Shown here: positions 8,731 to 19,077 of the stretch, piece after piece | Numbering within the stretch: position 1 is the stretch's first letter | How the letters are laid out: every line of letters starts with the position of its first letter | Notes under the pieces: model-generated | Databases searched by the model: none | Seen by the model: the letters and a program-made list of their open reading frames with translations, nothing else | What the model was told of the DNA's origin: nothing | Origin: Gemmatimonadota bacterium | GTDB lineage: Bacteria > Gemmatimonadota > Gemmatimonadetes > Palauibacterales > Palauibacteraceae | Assembly (NCBI GenBank): GCA_046758745.1 | Contig: JBHIAV010000009.1 | Coordinates: 12,562 to 76,561 of the forward strand | Length of the DNA: 64,000 nucleotides | Direction of reading: 5' to 3' | Program-made: the position numbers and the translations under genes

Positions 8731-10567
8731 TGTTGCTGGTGGGCATCGAGAGCGGAGCCCGCGGAGCAGCGGGACGCTCCTCGCTTGGTTCCTCTCAGCG
8801 CTGGCGATCGGCGCCGCGGCCAAGCCCCTCGGCGCGGACTCCCCGCACCCGGCGGGGCGGCCTCCGGCCCATTCCATCGGAGCGGTTTCCCGCACCGTCC
8901 GACCGACACGCGCCGACGCCCGCGCGGGCGCTGGGCAGGACTCGGTGGAGATCGTCCGCCGCGCCCGCTCCCGGCAGGCTCGGTTCGAGTGGCTGCGAAC
9001 GCGCAGCTTCCCGTGGACGTGGAACCGACGCTTCCGGTGCGACGAGCGGGTCGGGCGATTCTGCCTGACTCATGATGCAGACCACCGGCCGCCCGGGGAG
9101 GAGCCCGAGGAGGTACGTCGGGAGCGGGAGGGATTGATCGACGAGCTCGAGCTCGCGTCCGTGTCGCTTCCCGGAGACGGCTGGATCGCCGGACAGAGGG
9201 TCCGGTACCTCGTGGAGGCCGGGCGTCACCGGGATGCGCTGTCGGCCGCCGCGTCCTGCCGTGCCCAGCCGCCGTGGTGGTGCCGGGCCCTCTCGGGCTA
9301 TGCCTTTCTCGCGGCTGGTCTACCCGGCCGGGCCGAATTCGCCTTCGCCGAGGCGCTCCGCCTCATGCCCCCCGACGAACGGTGCAGGTGGCGGGACATC
9401 TCCCTCTTTCTCAAGGGCGAGGTCCGCCGGAGCTATCGACGGCTTCGGTGCGGGCGCCGCGGTGGGGTGGAGGCCCGGTTCTGGTGGCTGGCGGATCCCT
9501 TGTGGTCGCAGTCGGGGAACGACCGGCGGCTCGAGCACCTGGCTCGTCACGTGATCGATCGGATGCAGACCGACGCGCGCTCGGCGTTCGGCGTCCCGTG
9601 GGGCGCCGATCTGCGAGAGCTCCTCCTCCGCTACGGCTGGCCGGGCCGTTGGGAGCGACGGCCGTCGAACCGTGTCGACCTCGCGGCCGACCCGTCCATC
9701 GTGAGCCACGACCCTCCGGCGATCCGATGCTTCCTTCCACCCTCCCGCCTTCTCGAGGACCCGGCCTCCATCCGTTCGGATGAGTGGTCGCTCGAGCCGC
9801 CGAGGCCCTTCTCGGGGTACGCGCCCCGTCATCTGGCCGGGTTCGACACGCTCGCGCATCAGTTCGCGCGCTTTCGAAGCGGCGACTCGGTCGTTCTGGT
9901 CGGCGCGTACGATGTGGGCTCGGACTCCGGATGGGTCGCGGGGCCGGTGAGGGCCGCTCTTATGGCCGCGCGGAGCGAGGAAGCCTCACCGGCCGCGGTG
10001 ATCGACGATCAGGCCCCGCTGGCCGGCGCGCTGCGCGTCGCGTTCCCCTCCCGGTCCGTGGTGGCCAGCCTGGAGGTTCTCTCCCGGGCTCAACGGCGTG
10101 CGGCCCGGGCCCGCTACGGGATTCCGGCTGCACCACGCAACCGATTCGTCGCCGAGATCTCCGACCTCCTGATCACCCGTGCGGTGGATCCCCCGCCGAC
10201 ATCGCTCGACGAGGCGATCCCCCTCGCCCGCGGATCGCTCCGGGCCCCGCCGGGCGAGCGTCTCGGGCTGTATTGGGAAGTGTACGGCCTTTCACCCGCC
10301 GGGGAGAAGCTCTCGGTGGCGTTCACCCTGCGCCGGGAGGGACGGAGCTGGCTCCGCGCGCTGGCGGAGACGGTCGGCCTGGCCGGCGGTCGCCCCGCCG
10401 TGAGGCTGGAGTGGGAGGAATCGACGGCGGCCGGAGAAGTCACGTGGCGCCGCGGGCTGTCGGTTCAGCTTCCCGAGTTGAAGCGGGGCCCCTACGTTTT
10501 GCGGGTCGAGGTGGGCACACGAGGGCGGGAGACGATGGCGGCGGAGCGGCGGCTCATCATCCAGTAG
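8717..10567 (+). CDS. Exported hypothetical protein (helical N-terminus, GWxTD-like RYGWP segment, Ig-like C-terminus)
   Basis: Long ORF with signal-like LLAWFLSALAIGAAA, FWWLADPLWS, LLRYGWP and LGLYWEVYGL. Start uncertain. Confidence 0.65.
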   Translation: MIGSYVAGGHRERSPRSSGTLLAWFLSALAIGAAAKPLGADSPHPAGRPPAHSIGAVSRTVRPTRADARAGAGQDSVEIVRRARSRQARFEWLRTRSFPWTWNRRFRCDERVGRFCLTHDADHRPPGEEPEEVRREREGLIDELELASVSLPGDGWIAGQRVRYLVEAGRHRDALSAAASCRAQPPWWCRALSGYAFLAAGLPGRAEFAFAEALRLMPPDERCRWRDISLFLKGEVRRSYRRLRCGRRGGVEARFWWLADPLWSQSGNDRRLEHLARHVIDRMQTDARSAFGVPWGADLRELLLRYGWPGRWERRPSNRVDLAADPSIVSHDPPAIRCFLPPSRLLEDPASIRSDEWSLEPPRPFSGYAPRHLAGFDTLAHQFARFRSGDSVVLVGAYDVGSDSGWVAGPVRAALMAARSEEASPAAVIDDQAPLAGALRVAFPSRSVVASLEVLSRAQRRAARARYGIPAAPRNRFVAEISDLLITRAVDPPPTSLDEAIPLARGSLRAPPGERLGLYWEVYGLSPAGEKLSVAFTLRREGRSWLRALAETVGLAGGRPAVRLEWEESTAAGEVTWRRGLSVQLPELKRGPYVLRVEVGTRGRETMAAERRLIIQ

Positions 10568-10693
10568 CCGGCAATGGGCCCGCGCCGCACTCGGGCTCGG
10601 CGCGGTTCCGCCCCTACACAGGCCCGACAGCCGGCGGGACGCCCCGAGGGACGGCGCGAACCGGCACCCCGCCCGGGCCGGTGGACCCGGCGG

Positions 10694-11845
10694 TCACTCC
10701 ACCAGCTCGACCCTCCTGACGAGTGGTCCCGCGCCCACGCCGCCGGTCACCCCCTCGAAGCCGGTGATCCCCATCCACCGGGCGTAGGTGTTCTGCTGGC
10801 CGAACGGCACCCCCGGCGGGCCCGGCACGACGAAAACTCCGGCGAACGCCGCGATCTGAAAGTTGCTCGCCGGTCCCTGCTTGACGTACGTGCGAGGGTC
10901 GAAGAGCGGGACGGCGCGGATGCGCGGGCTGACCTCGAAGCCCGAGTTCACCACGCACTTGCAGCCCTGATCCCACGCGGCGCTCGGGTCCAGCGCGATC
11001 AGATCGTTGAATGCTCTCTGGACGCTCTGGACGTTGCCGTTCTTGTCCGTGATCCAGTCGCCGGGGGCGTAGCTGACCTGAGGATCCGGGCAATCGAGGA
11101 TCCATTCCCAGATCACCCTGGCGCCGCGGTCGGCCGTCGGATACCACAGGTACCACCAGCCGGGCTCGAAGGCGTCACCTTCCGGCTGCGAGCCGCCTCC
11201 GTTGCTCCCCTTCCCTCCCTTTCCGCTGCTCCCCCCCTGCGCCGGCTTGAGGACGATCAGCTGGCCGATGTCGTCCGCCGTATACCCCACATATTTCGGA
11301 TCACCGGGCGGATAGTAGACGTCGCCCTCATCCGGATCGAACCCGAGGTTGCCGCCCACCTCCACCCAGCGGTCCGCCACGGCCACGGGGAGCAGGCAGT
11401 TGACGCGTCCCGCCGGCGACGCGATCGCGGCCGCTCGCGCCGAGATATCCACTTCGTTCACACCGAACACACGGGCGAAGTAGGTGCCGAGGGGATTGCC
11501 GCGATCCCGTGTCCTGTGGACCGTCACGCGGACCTTCGACTCCGCGAGGAAGACGTCGACGTCGGCGTCCAGGAGCGACACCGAGCTGCGGCGGACCTCG
11601 TTCCGCTGCGCGAAGGCGATCGCCGCGGCGCGCGCCCGGTCTTCCGCATCCGGCGTGTGGATCAGAGTCCCCGCTCCGGCCATCGCCGCCAGGTCCGCCA
11701 CCCGCTGCGCTTCGGTACGTGCGCTGGTGAGCATTCCGTAGTCGACCGCGAGGGCCATGATGGAGAGGAGGGCCACCAGGCTCCCGGCGATGATCAGCAG
11801 CGTGACGCCCCGCTCATCGCGGAGCTCCTCTCGAAGTCGAATCAA
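10694..11845 (-). CDS. TadG-like pilus assembly protein (Tad N-terminal pseudopilin domain), paralog 1
   Basis: DERGVTLLIIAGSLVALLSIMALAVDYGMLTSARTEAQRVADLAAMAGA; TTG start at 11845 after GAGGAGG. Confidence 0.85.
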   Translation of the reverse strand: MIRLREELRDERGVTLLIIAGSLVALLSIMALAVDYGMLTSARTEAQRVADLAAMAGAGTLIHTPDAEDRARAAAIAFAQRNEVRRSSVSLLDADVDVFLAESKVRVTVHRTRDRGNPLGTYFARVFGVNEVDISARAAAIASPAGRVNCLLPVAVADRWVEVGGNLGFDPDEGDVYYPPGDPKYVGYTADDIGQLIVLKPAQGGSSGKGGKGSNGGGSQPEGDAFEPGWWYLWYPTADRGARVIWEWILDCPDPQVSYAPGDWITDKNGNVQSVQRAFNDLIALDPSAAWDQGCKCVVNSGFEVSPRIRAVPLFDPRTYVKQGPASNFQIAAFAGVFVVPGPPGVPFGQQNTYARWMGITGFEGVTGGVGAGPLVRRVELVE

Positions 11846-12249
11846 GTGCCTCCTCGGTCCGGACGCCCCGCGATGGACGGGTGGGCCGACTGGCGCGGCT
11901 TGTGGGTTTGCGCTTGCTCGCAGCCGTACGCGCCGAATGTAGCGAGTCCGCTCCCGCCCGACCACCTTCGCCGCGTGTCGCGAACCCGCCGAGCTCTTAC
12001 TTCGAAGCGCCGAAAGACCGGGAGCGTGCCGCGTCGGAGGCGGCCGGTTCCTCGGGCTATCCCCGTCCTGCAAGCGCGGCGCGCGGCGCAGCCACGTCCC
12101 AGGCGGGCGTCGCGGGAGCAGCCGGGCGCACGCGCGGCGGAACGCCCCGCGGGGCGGCGGGTTACACCGAATCGGAATGAACCGAGGTCCGGCTGCGGCC
12201 GAGCGGAACGTCCGGCCGCTGGGCTCGAGCACCCAATCGTGGAGGCGGC

Positions 12250-14016
12250 GTGCCGGGGAGCGAGCGGCTGAGGCATGGTGTCGTCCTGCTGATCGTCGGC
12301 TCGCTCCCCGCCGCTCTTTCGTGTTCCGACGGCCCTGCAGCTCCGCCCCCGTTTCCCGACCTGCGCTTCGAGCCTCCGGTCCTCGCTCTCGAGACGAACC
12401 GCACCGGGGTCGCGCGTCTTCGCAACAACACCTCGACCACCTTCGGCCCGATCGCCCTCATCGCCCTGGAGGTCCGGGACGAGTCCGGCGCGCCGGTGGC
12501 GGGGGCACAGCTGGAGCCGGATCCGACCCGGATCCCCGCGCTGGCCGGGGAGAGCGAAGAGGTCATCACCCTCAACCTCGCCCTCCCCCCCGGCATTCCG
12601 GCTGGCCCCTACCGAGTGGCGCTGGAGGCGAGACTCGGCTCGCGCAGGACGAGTCGCCTCGACATCGACTTCGCGGTGCCCCCCCGGAGTGCCACGGTGG
12701 CGGCCGTCACCATCGTCTCCGGACCGGCCTCGCCACGCCAGGGCGACGTCGTCTTGTATGCGGCCGAAGCGCGGGACGCGACCGGCGTCCCGGTCCCATC
12801 CCCCGGGTTGAGCTGGAGGCTCCTTCCGGTCTCGGCGGGGCTCATCGATGCGGGAGGCCGCTTCGTCGGCTACGAGCCCGGCCCGGCCCGCATCATCGTC
12901 TCCGCGGACGCGGTCGCCGACACCGCCGGCATCCAGATCCGTTCGCGCGGCACGATGCATGGCACCTTCGAGGTGGTGAGCCGGGGCTCGGTCACCAGCC
13001 GCTTCACCTCCGACCTGTGGGTGCAGGGCGACGTCGCCTATACCGGGACGTGGGGGTTTCGCGGGACCGGAGAGTCCCTACGCGAAGGGGATCTCCTCTT
13101 CGCATGGGACATCGGCGATCCGTCGGCGCCTTTGTTGACCGACTCGGTGCTGGTGGAGGGCGCGGCCGTGGTCAACGATGTCAAGATTCGGTCGGATGGT
13201 ACGCTGGCGGTGGCGACCGTAGAGTTCTCCGGCGAGAACGGCATCATGCTCCTGGACATCGCCGATCCGCACCACCCGAAGGTCATCCGGCGTTTCTCCC
13301 CCCCGGAGCTCGGGTCCGGCTCGGGCGTGCACAATACGTGGATCGAGGGGAACCACCTCTACGCGGTTACGCATCGGCTGGTGGTGCTGGACGTGTCCGA
13401 GCCCGACGATCCCGCGGTCGTGACCACCTACTTCGGCGGTTCCAGCTTCTTGCACGACGTCTATGTGCGCGACGGCCTCGCATTCCTCTCTCACTGGGCC
13501 GCCGGTCTCATCATCCTCGATGTCGGGGACGGGATCGCCGGCGGTTCGCCGACGAGCCCGATCGAGGTGAGCCGCATCGATCTTCCCAACTATCTGGTGC
13601 ACAACGCGTGGTACTGGCCCGAGGCGGGCTACACTTTTCTGGGCGACGAAGTGGGGATCCCAGGGGTGATGCGGGTGATCGACGTCCGCGACCCCCGCGA
13701 TCCGAAAGCGGCAGCCAGCTTCGCCGCCACCGGGGCCGCTCCCCACAACTTCTGGCTCGACGAGGAGCGTGGCATCCTCTACATGGCGTGGTACGAGAAC
13801 GGGGTTATTGCGCTCGACGTGAGCGGCGAGCTGCTCGGCCAGCTCGAGCTACAGGATCGGGAGATCGCCCGGATTCGTTACGCCGAAGGGGGCTTGTGCC
13901 CGTTCAACGCCGACTCGTCGACCCAGACGTGCACCTTCGCCCCACAGCTGGAGAACGGCTTTCTGTATGTGGCGGACATGAATACGGGGCTGTGGGTGCT
14001 GCGGCCGGCGTTCTGA
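12250..14016 (+). CDS. Lipoprotein with Ig-like domain and LVIVD-repeat beta-propeller
   Basis: Lipobox-like AALSC; repeats LLDIADP, LVVLDVSEP, LIILDVGD and VIDVRDP with VHN/HD/PHN motifs; ends DMNTGLWVLR. Confidence 0.8.
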   Translation: MPGSERLRHGVVLLIVGSLPAALSCSDGPAAPPPFPDLRFEPPVLALETNRTGVARLRNNTSTTFGPIALIALEVRDESGAPVAGAQLEPDPTRIPALAGESEEVITLNLALPPGIPAGPYRVALEARLGSRRTSRLDIDFAVPPRSATVAAVTIVSGPASPRQGDVVLYAAEARDATGVPVPSPGLSWRLLPVSAGLIDAGGRFVGYEPGPARIIVSADAVADTAGIQIRSRGTMHGTFEVVSRGSVTSRFTSDLWVQGDVAYTGTWGFRGTGESLREGDLLFAWDIGDPSAPLLTDSVLVEGAAVVNDVKIRSDGTLAVATVEFSGENGIMLLDIADPHHPKVIRRFSPPELGSGSGVHNTWIEGNHLYAVTHRLVVLDVSEPDDPAVVTTYFGGSSFLHDVYVRDGLAFLSHWAAGLIILDVGDGIAGGSPTSPIEVSRIDLPNYLVHNAWYWPEAGYTFLGDEVGIPGVMRVIDVRDPRDPKAAASFAATGAAPHNFWLDEERGILYMAWYENGVIALDVSGELLGQLELQDREIARIRYAEGGLCPFNADSSTQTCTFAPQLENGFLYVADMNTGLWVLRPAF

Positions 14017-14115
14017 GCTCCTGCGGCCGCGCCCGGATCGGTGAGGGCCGACGCCCCTCCCGGCCGAGGGCCGCGTTCGGCTGGCGCGTTCCGCGTTCGC
14101 CGGGAACCGCTCCAC

Positions 14116-15111
14116 TCAGAGCGCCGCGAGCCTCCTGACTAGCGTCGGGTGGGGTCGACGCTCGTCGAGGCGCCGGAGGCCGAGGTCGCGGGCCATCGCC
14201 TGCGCCTCCCGGAACTCGCCGGAGGTGAGGCTGCGGTTGATCTCGGCGTACCGCTCGGCGCTCACCCTGCCCGCAGGGTAGTACTGGTCCATCAGGTTCA
14301 CGTAGCTGTCCGGACCGAGCTCGCGGGCGATCCACTCGAGGATCGCCCGCGTTTCCTCGAGACCCCCGGGCATCACGAGATGGCGGATCAGGACCCCCCG
14401 ACGGGCGAGCCCGTCGGGGCCGATGACGAGCGAGCCGACCTGCTCGTGCATGGCCTGGATCGCCGCCCGGGCCGCGTCCGGGTAGTTCTCCGCCTTCATG
14501 TAGGTACGGCTCCGCTCCCTCGACCAGTACTTGAAGTCCGGCATGTAAATGTCGACGACGCCGTCCATCAGCTCGATGCTTTCGAGGGCGTCGTAGGCGC
14601 TCGTGTTGTAAACGATCGGGAGCCCGAGTCCGAGGTCGATCGCCACGGCGACCGCCTCCAACAGCTGGGGCACGACGTGCTCCGGGGTCACGAAGTTGAT
14701 GTTGTGGCAGCCGAGGCGCTGGAGCTCGAGCATCATCCCGGCGATCTCCTCGGGGGGCGAGCCCCGAGCCGCCCTCGGCTTCACGCCCTGGCTGATGTCC
14801 CAGTTCTGGCAGAAGACGCAGCGCAGGTTGCAGTGCGAGAAAAAGATCGTGCCGGAGCCGTTCCACCCCCGAAGGCAGTCCTCCTCGCCGAAGTGTGGGA
14901 AGTGGCTGCCGACGACGGCGTAGCGACCGGTCTTGCACGCCGCCCATCTCTCCTCGAGGCGGTTGACCCGGCAGTCCCGCGGGCAGGCCCGGCAGTCGCT
15001 CAGGCCGGCGAGCGCCCGCTCCACGCGCTCCCCGAGCTCCCGGCGCGACAGGTAGCGGTACGCCGGGCGGAAGGCCCGGGATGTGGTCGGCACGATCATC
15101 GAGGCGACCAT
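14116..15111 (-). CDS. Radical SAM protein, PflX-like (PFL-activating enzyme family)
   Basis: CRACPRDCRVNR, HFGEEDCLRGWNGSGTIFFSHCNLRCVFCQNWDISQ (CxxxCxxC), GCHNINFVTP, DIYMPDFKY, IRHLVMPG. Start 15111 or 15099. Confidence 0.9.
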   Translation of the reverse strand: MVASMIVPTTSRAFRPAYRYLSRRELGERVERALAGLSDCRACPRDCRVNRLEERWAACKTGRYAVVGSHFPHFGEEDCLRGWNGSGTIFFSHCNLRCVFCQNWDISQGVKPRAARGSPPEEIAGMMLELQRLGCHNINFVTPEHVVPQLLEAVAVAIDLGLGLPIVYNTSAYDALESIELMDGVVDIYMPDFKYWSRERSRTYMKAENYPDAARAAIQAMHEQVGSLVIGPDGLARRGVLIRHLVMPGGLEETRAILEWIARELGPDSYVNLMDQYYPAGRVSAERYAEINRSLTSGEFREAQAMARDLGLRRLDERRPHPTLVRRLAAL

Positions 15112-15233
15112 CCTGCTCGATCGAAGCTCTCTCAGTGGCAAGGTAGCCCTGCGACCGGGCTCCGCCAACATTGAAGGTGGTGACCTCCATCTTCGGGAGG
15201 CACCGCACGTCGCGCAACGAGGAGGCAGTACCG

Positions 15234-15692
15234 ATGGACGTGTACCTGGTTCACCACGGTCGGGCCAGGTCCGAGGAGGACGACCCGGCGCGGCCCCTGA
15301 CGGAAGGGGGACGAACTGACACGGAGAGGGTGTCCGCGGCCATAGGAAGGCACGGCATCCGGCTCGAAGAGATCTGGCACTCTGGTAAGCTGCGCGCCGC
15401 GCAGACGGCTGAGATCCTTGGCAGCAGACTGAAACCGAGCGGCGGCATCCACCGGAAGGACGGTCTCGCTCCCTGGGATCCACCCGGCCAAATGGCCGAA
15501 GCCGTGGCGGCAGCTCCGGAGCCCGTCATGCTCGTCGGTCACCTCCCGCACCTCGGCCGGCTCGCCTCCCTCCTGCTGGTCGGTGACGAGGAGAGAGAGT
15601 TGGTGGCTTTCCGGAACGCCGGCGTGCTCTGCCTGTCGAGGGACGACGGGAGATGGCGCATCCGGTGGTATCTGCCGCCCGAGCTCTCGTGA
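15234..15692 (+). CDS. sixA: Phosphohistidine phosphatase SixA
   Basis: MDVYLVHHG (RHG variant), RPLTEGG, HSGKLRAAQTAE, MLVGHLPHL; GGAGG RBS. Confidence 0.9.
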   Translation: MDVYLVHHGRARSEEDDPARPLTEGGRTDTERVSAAIGRHGIRLEEIWHSGKLRAAQTAEILGSRLKPSGGIHRKDGLAPWDPPGQMAEAVAAAPEPVMLVGHLPHLGRLASLLLVGDEERELVAFRNAGVLCLSRDDGRWRIRWYLPPELS

Positions 15693-15727
15693 TACGTCTC
15701 AACGGGGCGCGCGTCTCCGGGCGATGG

Positions 15728-16492
15728 ATGGACAGGCACCGTCGGGCAGGCGTCGCCCGCTCTCCGATTGCGCGTCCCCACGCGACGGTCCTTCCCTTCG
15801 CCGTCGTCTTCCTGCTGGTGCCTCCCCTGCCCGCCCAGACGCCGGATCCGTACCTGGAGGCTCGTCTCCAGATGGTGCGCGAACAGATCGCCTCCCGCCG
15901 CTGGGCTGATCCGGTGACCGACACGGCGGTGCTTCGCGCCATGCGCACCGTGCCCCGGCACCGCTTCGTGCCGCCCGAGCTGCTCCGCCTCGCCTATGCC
16001 GACCGCCCGCTGCCGATCGGATACGGCCAGACGATCTCGCAGCCGTATATCGTCGCCGCCATGACGCAGCTCCTCGAGCTGGAGCCCGGAGACAACGTCC
16101 TCGAGATCGGCACGGGGTCGGGCTACCAGGCGGCCGTGCTGGCCGAGATCACCGACCGAGTGTACACGATCGAGATCGTGGAGCCGCTGGCCCGGAGCGG
16201 GCGGGAGCGACTGGAGGCACTCGGCTACGAGAGCGTGACGGTACGCGAAGGGGACGGCTACTACGGTTGGCGGGAGGTCGCCCCCTTCGATGCGATCGTG
16301 GTGACGGCCGCGGCGAGCCACATTCCGCCCCCCCTGGTGGAGCAGCTCAAGCCGGACGGGCGCATGGTCATTCCCGTGGGCGCGCCGCTCCAGACGCAGG
16401 CCCTGATGTTGGTGAATAAGCGGGCGGACGGCTCGGTCGTGCAGCGCAACATGGGGCCCGTGCGCTTCGTTCCTCTGACGCGAAGGAAATGA
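15728..16492 (+). CDS. pcm: Protein-L-isoaspartate(D-aspartate) O-methyltransferase with N-terminal hydrophobic extension
   Basis: VPRHRFVP, AYADRPLPIGYGQTISQPYIVA, VLEIGTGSGYQAA, APFDAIVVTAA, LVEQLKPDGRMVIPVG, VRFVPL. Start uncertain. Confidence 0.93.
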   Translation: MDRHRRAGVARSPIARPHATVLPFAVVFLLVPPLPAQTPDPYLEARLQMVREQIASRRWADPVTDTAVLRAMRTVPRHRFVPPELLRLAYADRPLPIGYGQTISQPYIVAAMTQLLELEPGDNVLEIGTGSGYQAAVLAEITDRVYTIEIVEPLARSGRERLEALGYESVTVREGDGYYGWREVAPFDAIVVTAAASHIPPPLVEQLKPDGRMVIPVGAPLQTQALMLVNKRADGSVVQRNMGPVRFVPLTRRK

Positions 16493-16628
16493 GCGGCGTG
16501 GGTGTCGCTTCGGCACCACCGCCCGGTCCGCCGGTTCTCGGCACTGTGCCGCCGGCTCTCGGCGCCGCCCCGCCGGCCGGTCCCCGCCGGCGCTCTCCCG
16601 GCGCGCCCGGCTTCCTCCTGCTCCGCGC

Positions 16629-19061
16629 ATGAAGCTACGATTCCTGCACCTCTCCATCCTCGTGGTGAGCGGGGTGGGAATCGCGTACGAGCTGGTTCTC
16701 GTGCGCGTGTTCTCCGTCGCGCAGTGGTACCACCTGGCCTACATGGTCATCAGCATGGCCATGCTGGGATTCGCGGCGAGCGGCACCGTTCTCGGCCTCA
16801 TGCGCACACGGCTCGCGGGCCGCGAGGCCTCGCTCTTCCGGCTCGCGTGCGGACTCCTCCCGATCGCCATCGTCGCCTGCTATGCGGGAAGCCAGAGGAT
16901 CCCGTTCGAAACCTACCAGCTGGTCTCCCGGCCGACCCAGTTCGCCAACCTCCTCGCCCTCTACCTCGTGCTTTCCGTCCCCTTCTTCCTCGTCTCCTCC
17001 TGCATCGTCCTCGGCTTCCAGATGGCGCCCCGCCGCGTGGGGCGCGTATACTTCTCCAACCTCCTCGGCTCGGGGCTCGGTGCTGCGCTCGGCGTCGGCT
17101 GCCTCTTCCTCCTTCCCGTGTCGAGGATCCCATACGTCCTCGCCCTCATCGCAGTGGTCGCGTTCGCGCTGTCGGGCCTGGACGCCCCCGGCTGGCTGGC
17201 ACGGGGACTCCCCGTGCTGGCTCTCACCGCCGTATGGGTCGCCGGGCGCGGACCGACGTCGATCCGCGTGTCGGAGTACAAGGGCCTCGCCTATGCCCTC
17301 CGCTTCCCGGACGCCGCAATCGTCGGGCGGGCGGTGAGTCCGATCTCGGAGCTTACCGCCGTCTCCTCATCCATGCTGCGGGAGACCCCCGGCCAGATCT
17401 CGAACTACCCGATGGCCGAGCTGGGGAACCTCCCGGAGCAGATCGGCCTGTTCTTCGATGCGGGAGCGGTCTCGCCCGTGCACCGCTTCGACGGTTCGCT
17501 CGAGCGATTCGTTTTCCTGGATCACGTCACCTCCGCCCTGCCGTACCACATACTCGATCGGCCTCGCGTTCTGGTGCTCGGGGCCGGTGGAGGCGTGGAG
17601 GTGCTGAGCGCGCTGGTGCACGGAGCCCGGGAGGTAACGGCCGTCGAGGTGGAGGGAAACGTGTACCGCCTTCTGGAGACGGAGCTGCGCGAGTTCTCGG
17701 GGGGTCTGTACGAGCGGCCGGAGGTGCGGCCCGTCGTGGCCGAGGGCCGCGGCTTCCTCGCGGCGAACGAGCGGGAGTACGATCTGATCCAGATCTCCCT
17801 GCTCGACTCGTTCAGCGCCTCTTCGGCCGGGGTGCACGCGCTCAACGAGAGCTATCTGTACACGGTCGAGGCGATTGCGCTCTACCTTCGTCGGCTCTCG
17901 CCCCGCGGTATTCTGGCGATCACGCGGTGGCTGAGGACCCCGCCGCGCGATGCGGTCAAGCTCTTCGCCACCATGGTGGAAGGGTGTGAGTCGGCCGGGA
18001 TCGTCGAGCCGGGACGACACCTGGCCTTCATCCGTTCGTGGAACACCGGGACCATACTCGCGTCGCGCTCCCCGCTGTCCGAGTCGCAGGTAGCAGCGAT
18101 CCGCGACTTCGCCGAGGCGCGTTGGTTCGACCGGAGCTACCACCCCGGCCTCACGCCGGCCGAGGTGAACCGCTACACCGTGCTGGCGGAGCCGGCGTAC
18201 CATGAGGCGGCGCTCGACCTTCTCTCGGCGGAGCGGGAGCGATTCTACCGCGCCTACCCCTTCTACGTGCGTCCGGCCACCGACGACCGCCCCTACTTCT
18301 TCCGCTTCATCCGGCTGCGATCACTCCCTCGCTTCATGCGTCAGTTCGGCCGGGACTGGGTGAGCTTCGTGGAATGGGGATACATCCTGCTGGTGGCCAC
18401 GGTGGCGCAGGCCGCCGTGGCGGCGATCGGGCTCGTGCTCATCCCCCTTATTCTGTTCGCCCGCGGCTCCGCCGCAACGGGAAGGCCGAGCGTATCCGGG
18501 TACTTCGGCGCGCTCGGCCTCGCCTACATGTTTCTGGAGATCGCGTTCATCCAGAAGTTCATGCTCTTCTTGAGCTACCCGGTGTACGCGGTCGCGGTGG
18601 TGCTGACCTCGTTCCTTCTCTTCTCGGCGCTCGGGGCGTGGCAGGCGGACCGCCACCGCGCGAGAAGGAGACGCCTCGTGGGAACTACGGTCGTGGCCAT
18701 CGTGGGGCTGTCGGCGCTCTACCTCCTGCTCCTCCCTCCTCTCTTCACGGCCCTCGCGGGGTGGTCCGATGCAGCGAAGATCCTGGCGAGCCTGGCGCTG
18801 CTCTCGCCCCTCGCCTTCCTGATGGGGGTGCCCTTCCCCGCCGGTCTCCAGGTGGTGTCGGACCGCCGCGCCCCCCTCGTGCCATGGGCGTGGGGGATCA
18901 ACGGAGGAGCTTCGGTGGTGGGGGCGACCCTCGCCACGCTGCTCGCCGTACACGCCGGCTTCCGCGCGGTGGTCGCTGTGGCCGTCCTCCTCTACGGGGT
19001 GGCCGTTCTCGCCCTGCAGCGGCTGGACAGGGCGGATCCTCGCACCTCGCTCGAGGTATGA
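16629..19061 (+). CDS. Polytopic membrane protein with central spermidine-synthase-like SAM-binding domain
   Basis: N- and C-terminal TM bundles; VLVLGAGGGVEV, AVEVE, AEGRGFL, YDLIQISL, LYTVEA, PATDDRPYFF, WAWGING. Confidence 0.85.
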   Translation: MKLRFLHLSILVVSGVGIAYELVLVRVFSVAQWYHLAYMVISMAMLGFAASGTVLGLMRTRLAGREASLFRLACGLLPIAIVACYAGSQRIPFETYQLVSRPTQFANLLALYLVLSVPFFLVSSCIVLGFQMAPRRVGRVYFSNLLGSGLGAALGVGCLFLLPVSRIPYVLALIAVVAFALSGLDAPGWLARGLPVLALTAVWVAGRGPTSIRVSEYKGLAYALRFPDAAIVGRAVSPISELTAVSSSMLRETPGQISNYPMAELGNLPEQIGLFFDAGAVSPVHRFDGSLERFVFLDHVTSALPYHILDRPRVLVLGAGGGVEVLSALVHGAREVTAVEVEGNVYRLLETELREFSGGLYERPEVRPVVAEGRGFLAANEREYDLIQISLLDSFSASSAGVHALNESYLYTVEAIALYLRRLSPRGILAITRWLRTPPRDAVKLFATMVEGCESAGIVEPGRHLAFIRSWNTGTILASRSPLSESQVAAIRDFAEARWFDRSYHPGLTPAEVNRYTVLAEPAYHEAALDLLSAERERFYRAYPFYVRPATDDRPYFFRFIRLRSLPRFMRQFGRDWVSFVEWGYILLVATVAQAAVAAIGLVLIPLILFARGSAATGRPSVSGYFGALGLAYMFLEIAFIQKFMLFLSYPVYAVAVVLTSFLLFSALGAWQADRHRARRRRLVGTTVVAIVGLSALYLLLLPPLFTALAGWSDAAKILASLALLSPLAFLMGVPFPAGLQVVSDRRAPLVPWAWGINGGASVVGATLATLLAVHAGFRAVVAVAVLLYGVAVLALQRLDRADPRTSLEV

Positions 19062-19077
19062 GAGCGCAGCTTCTCAG

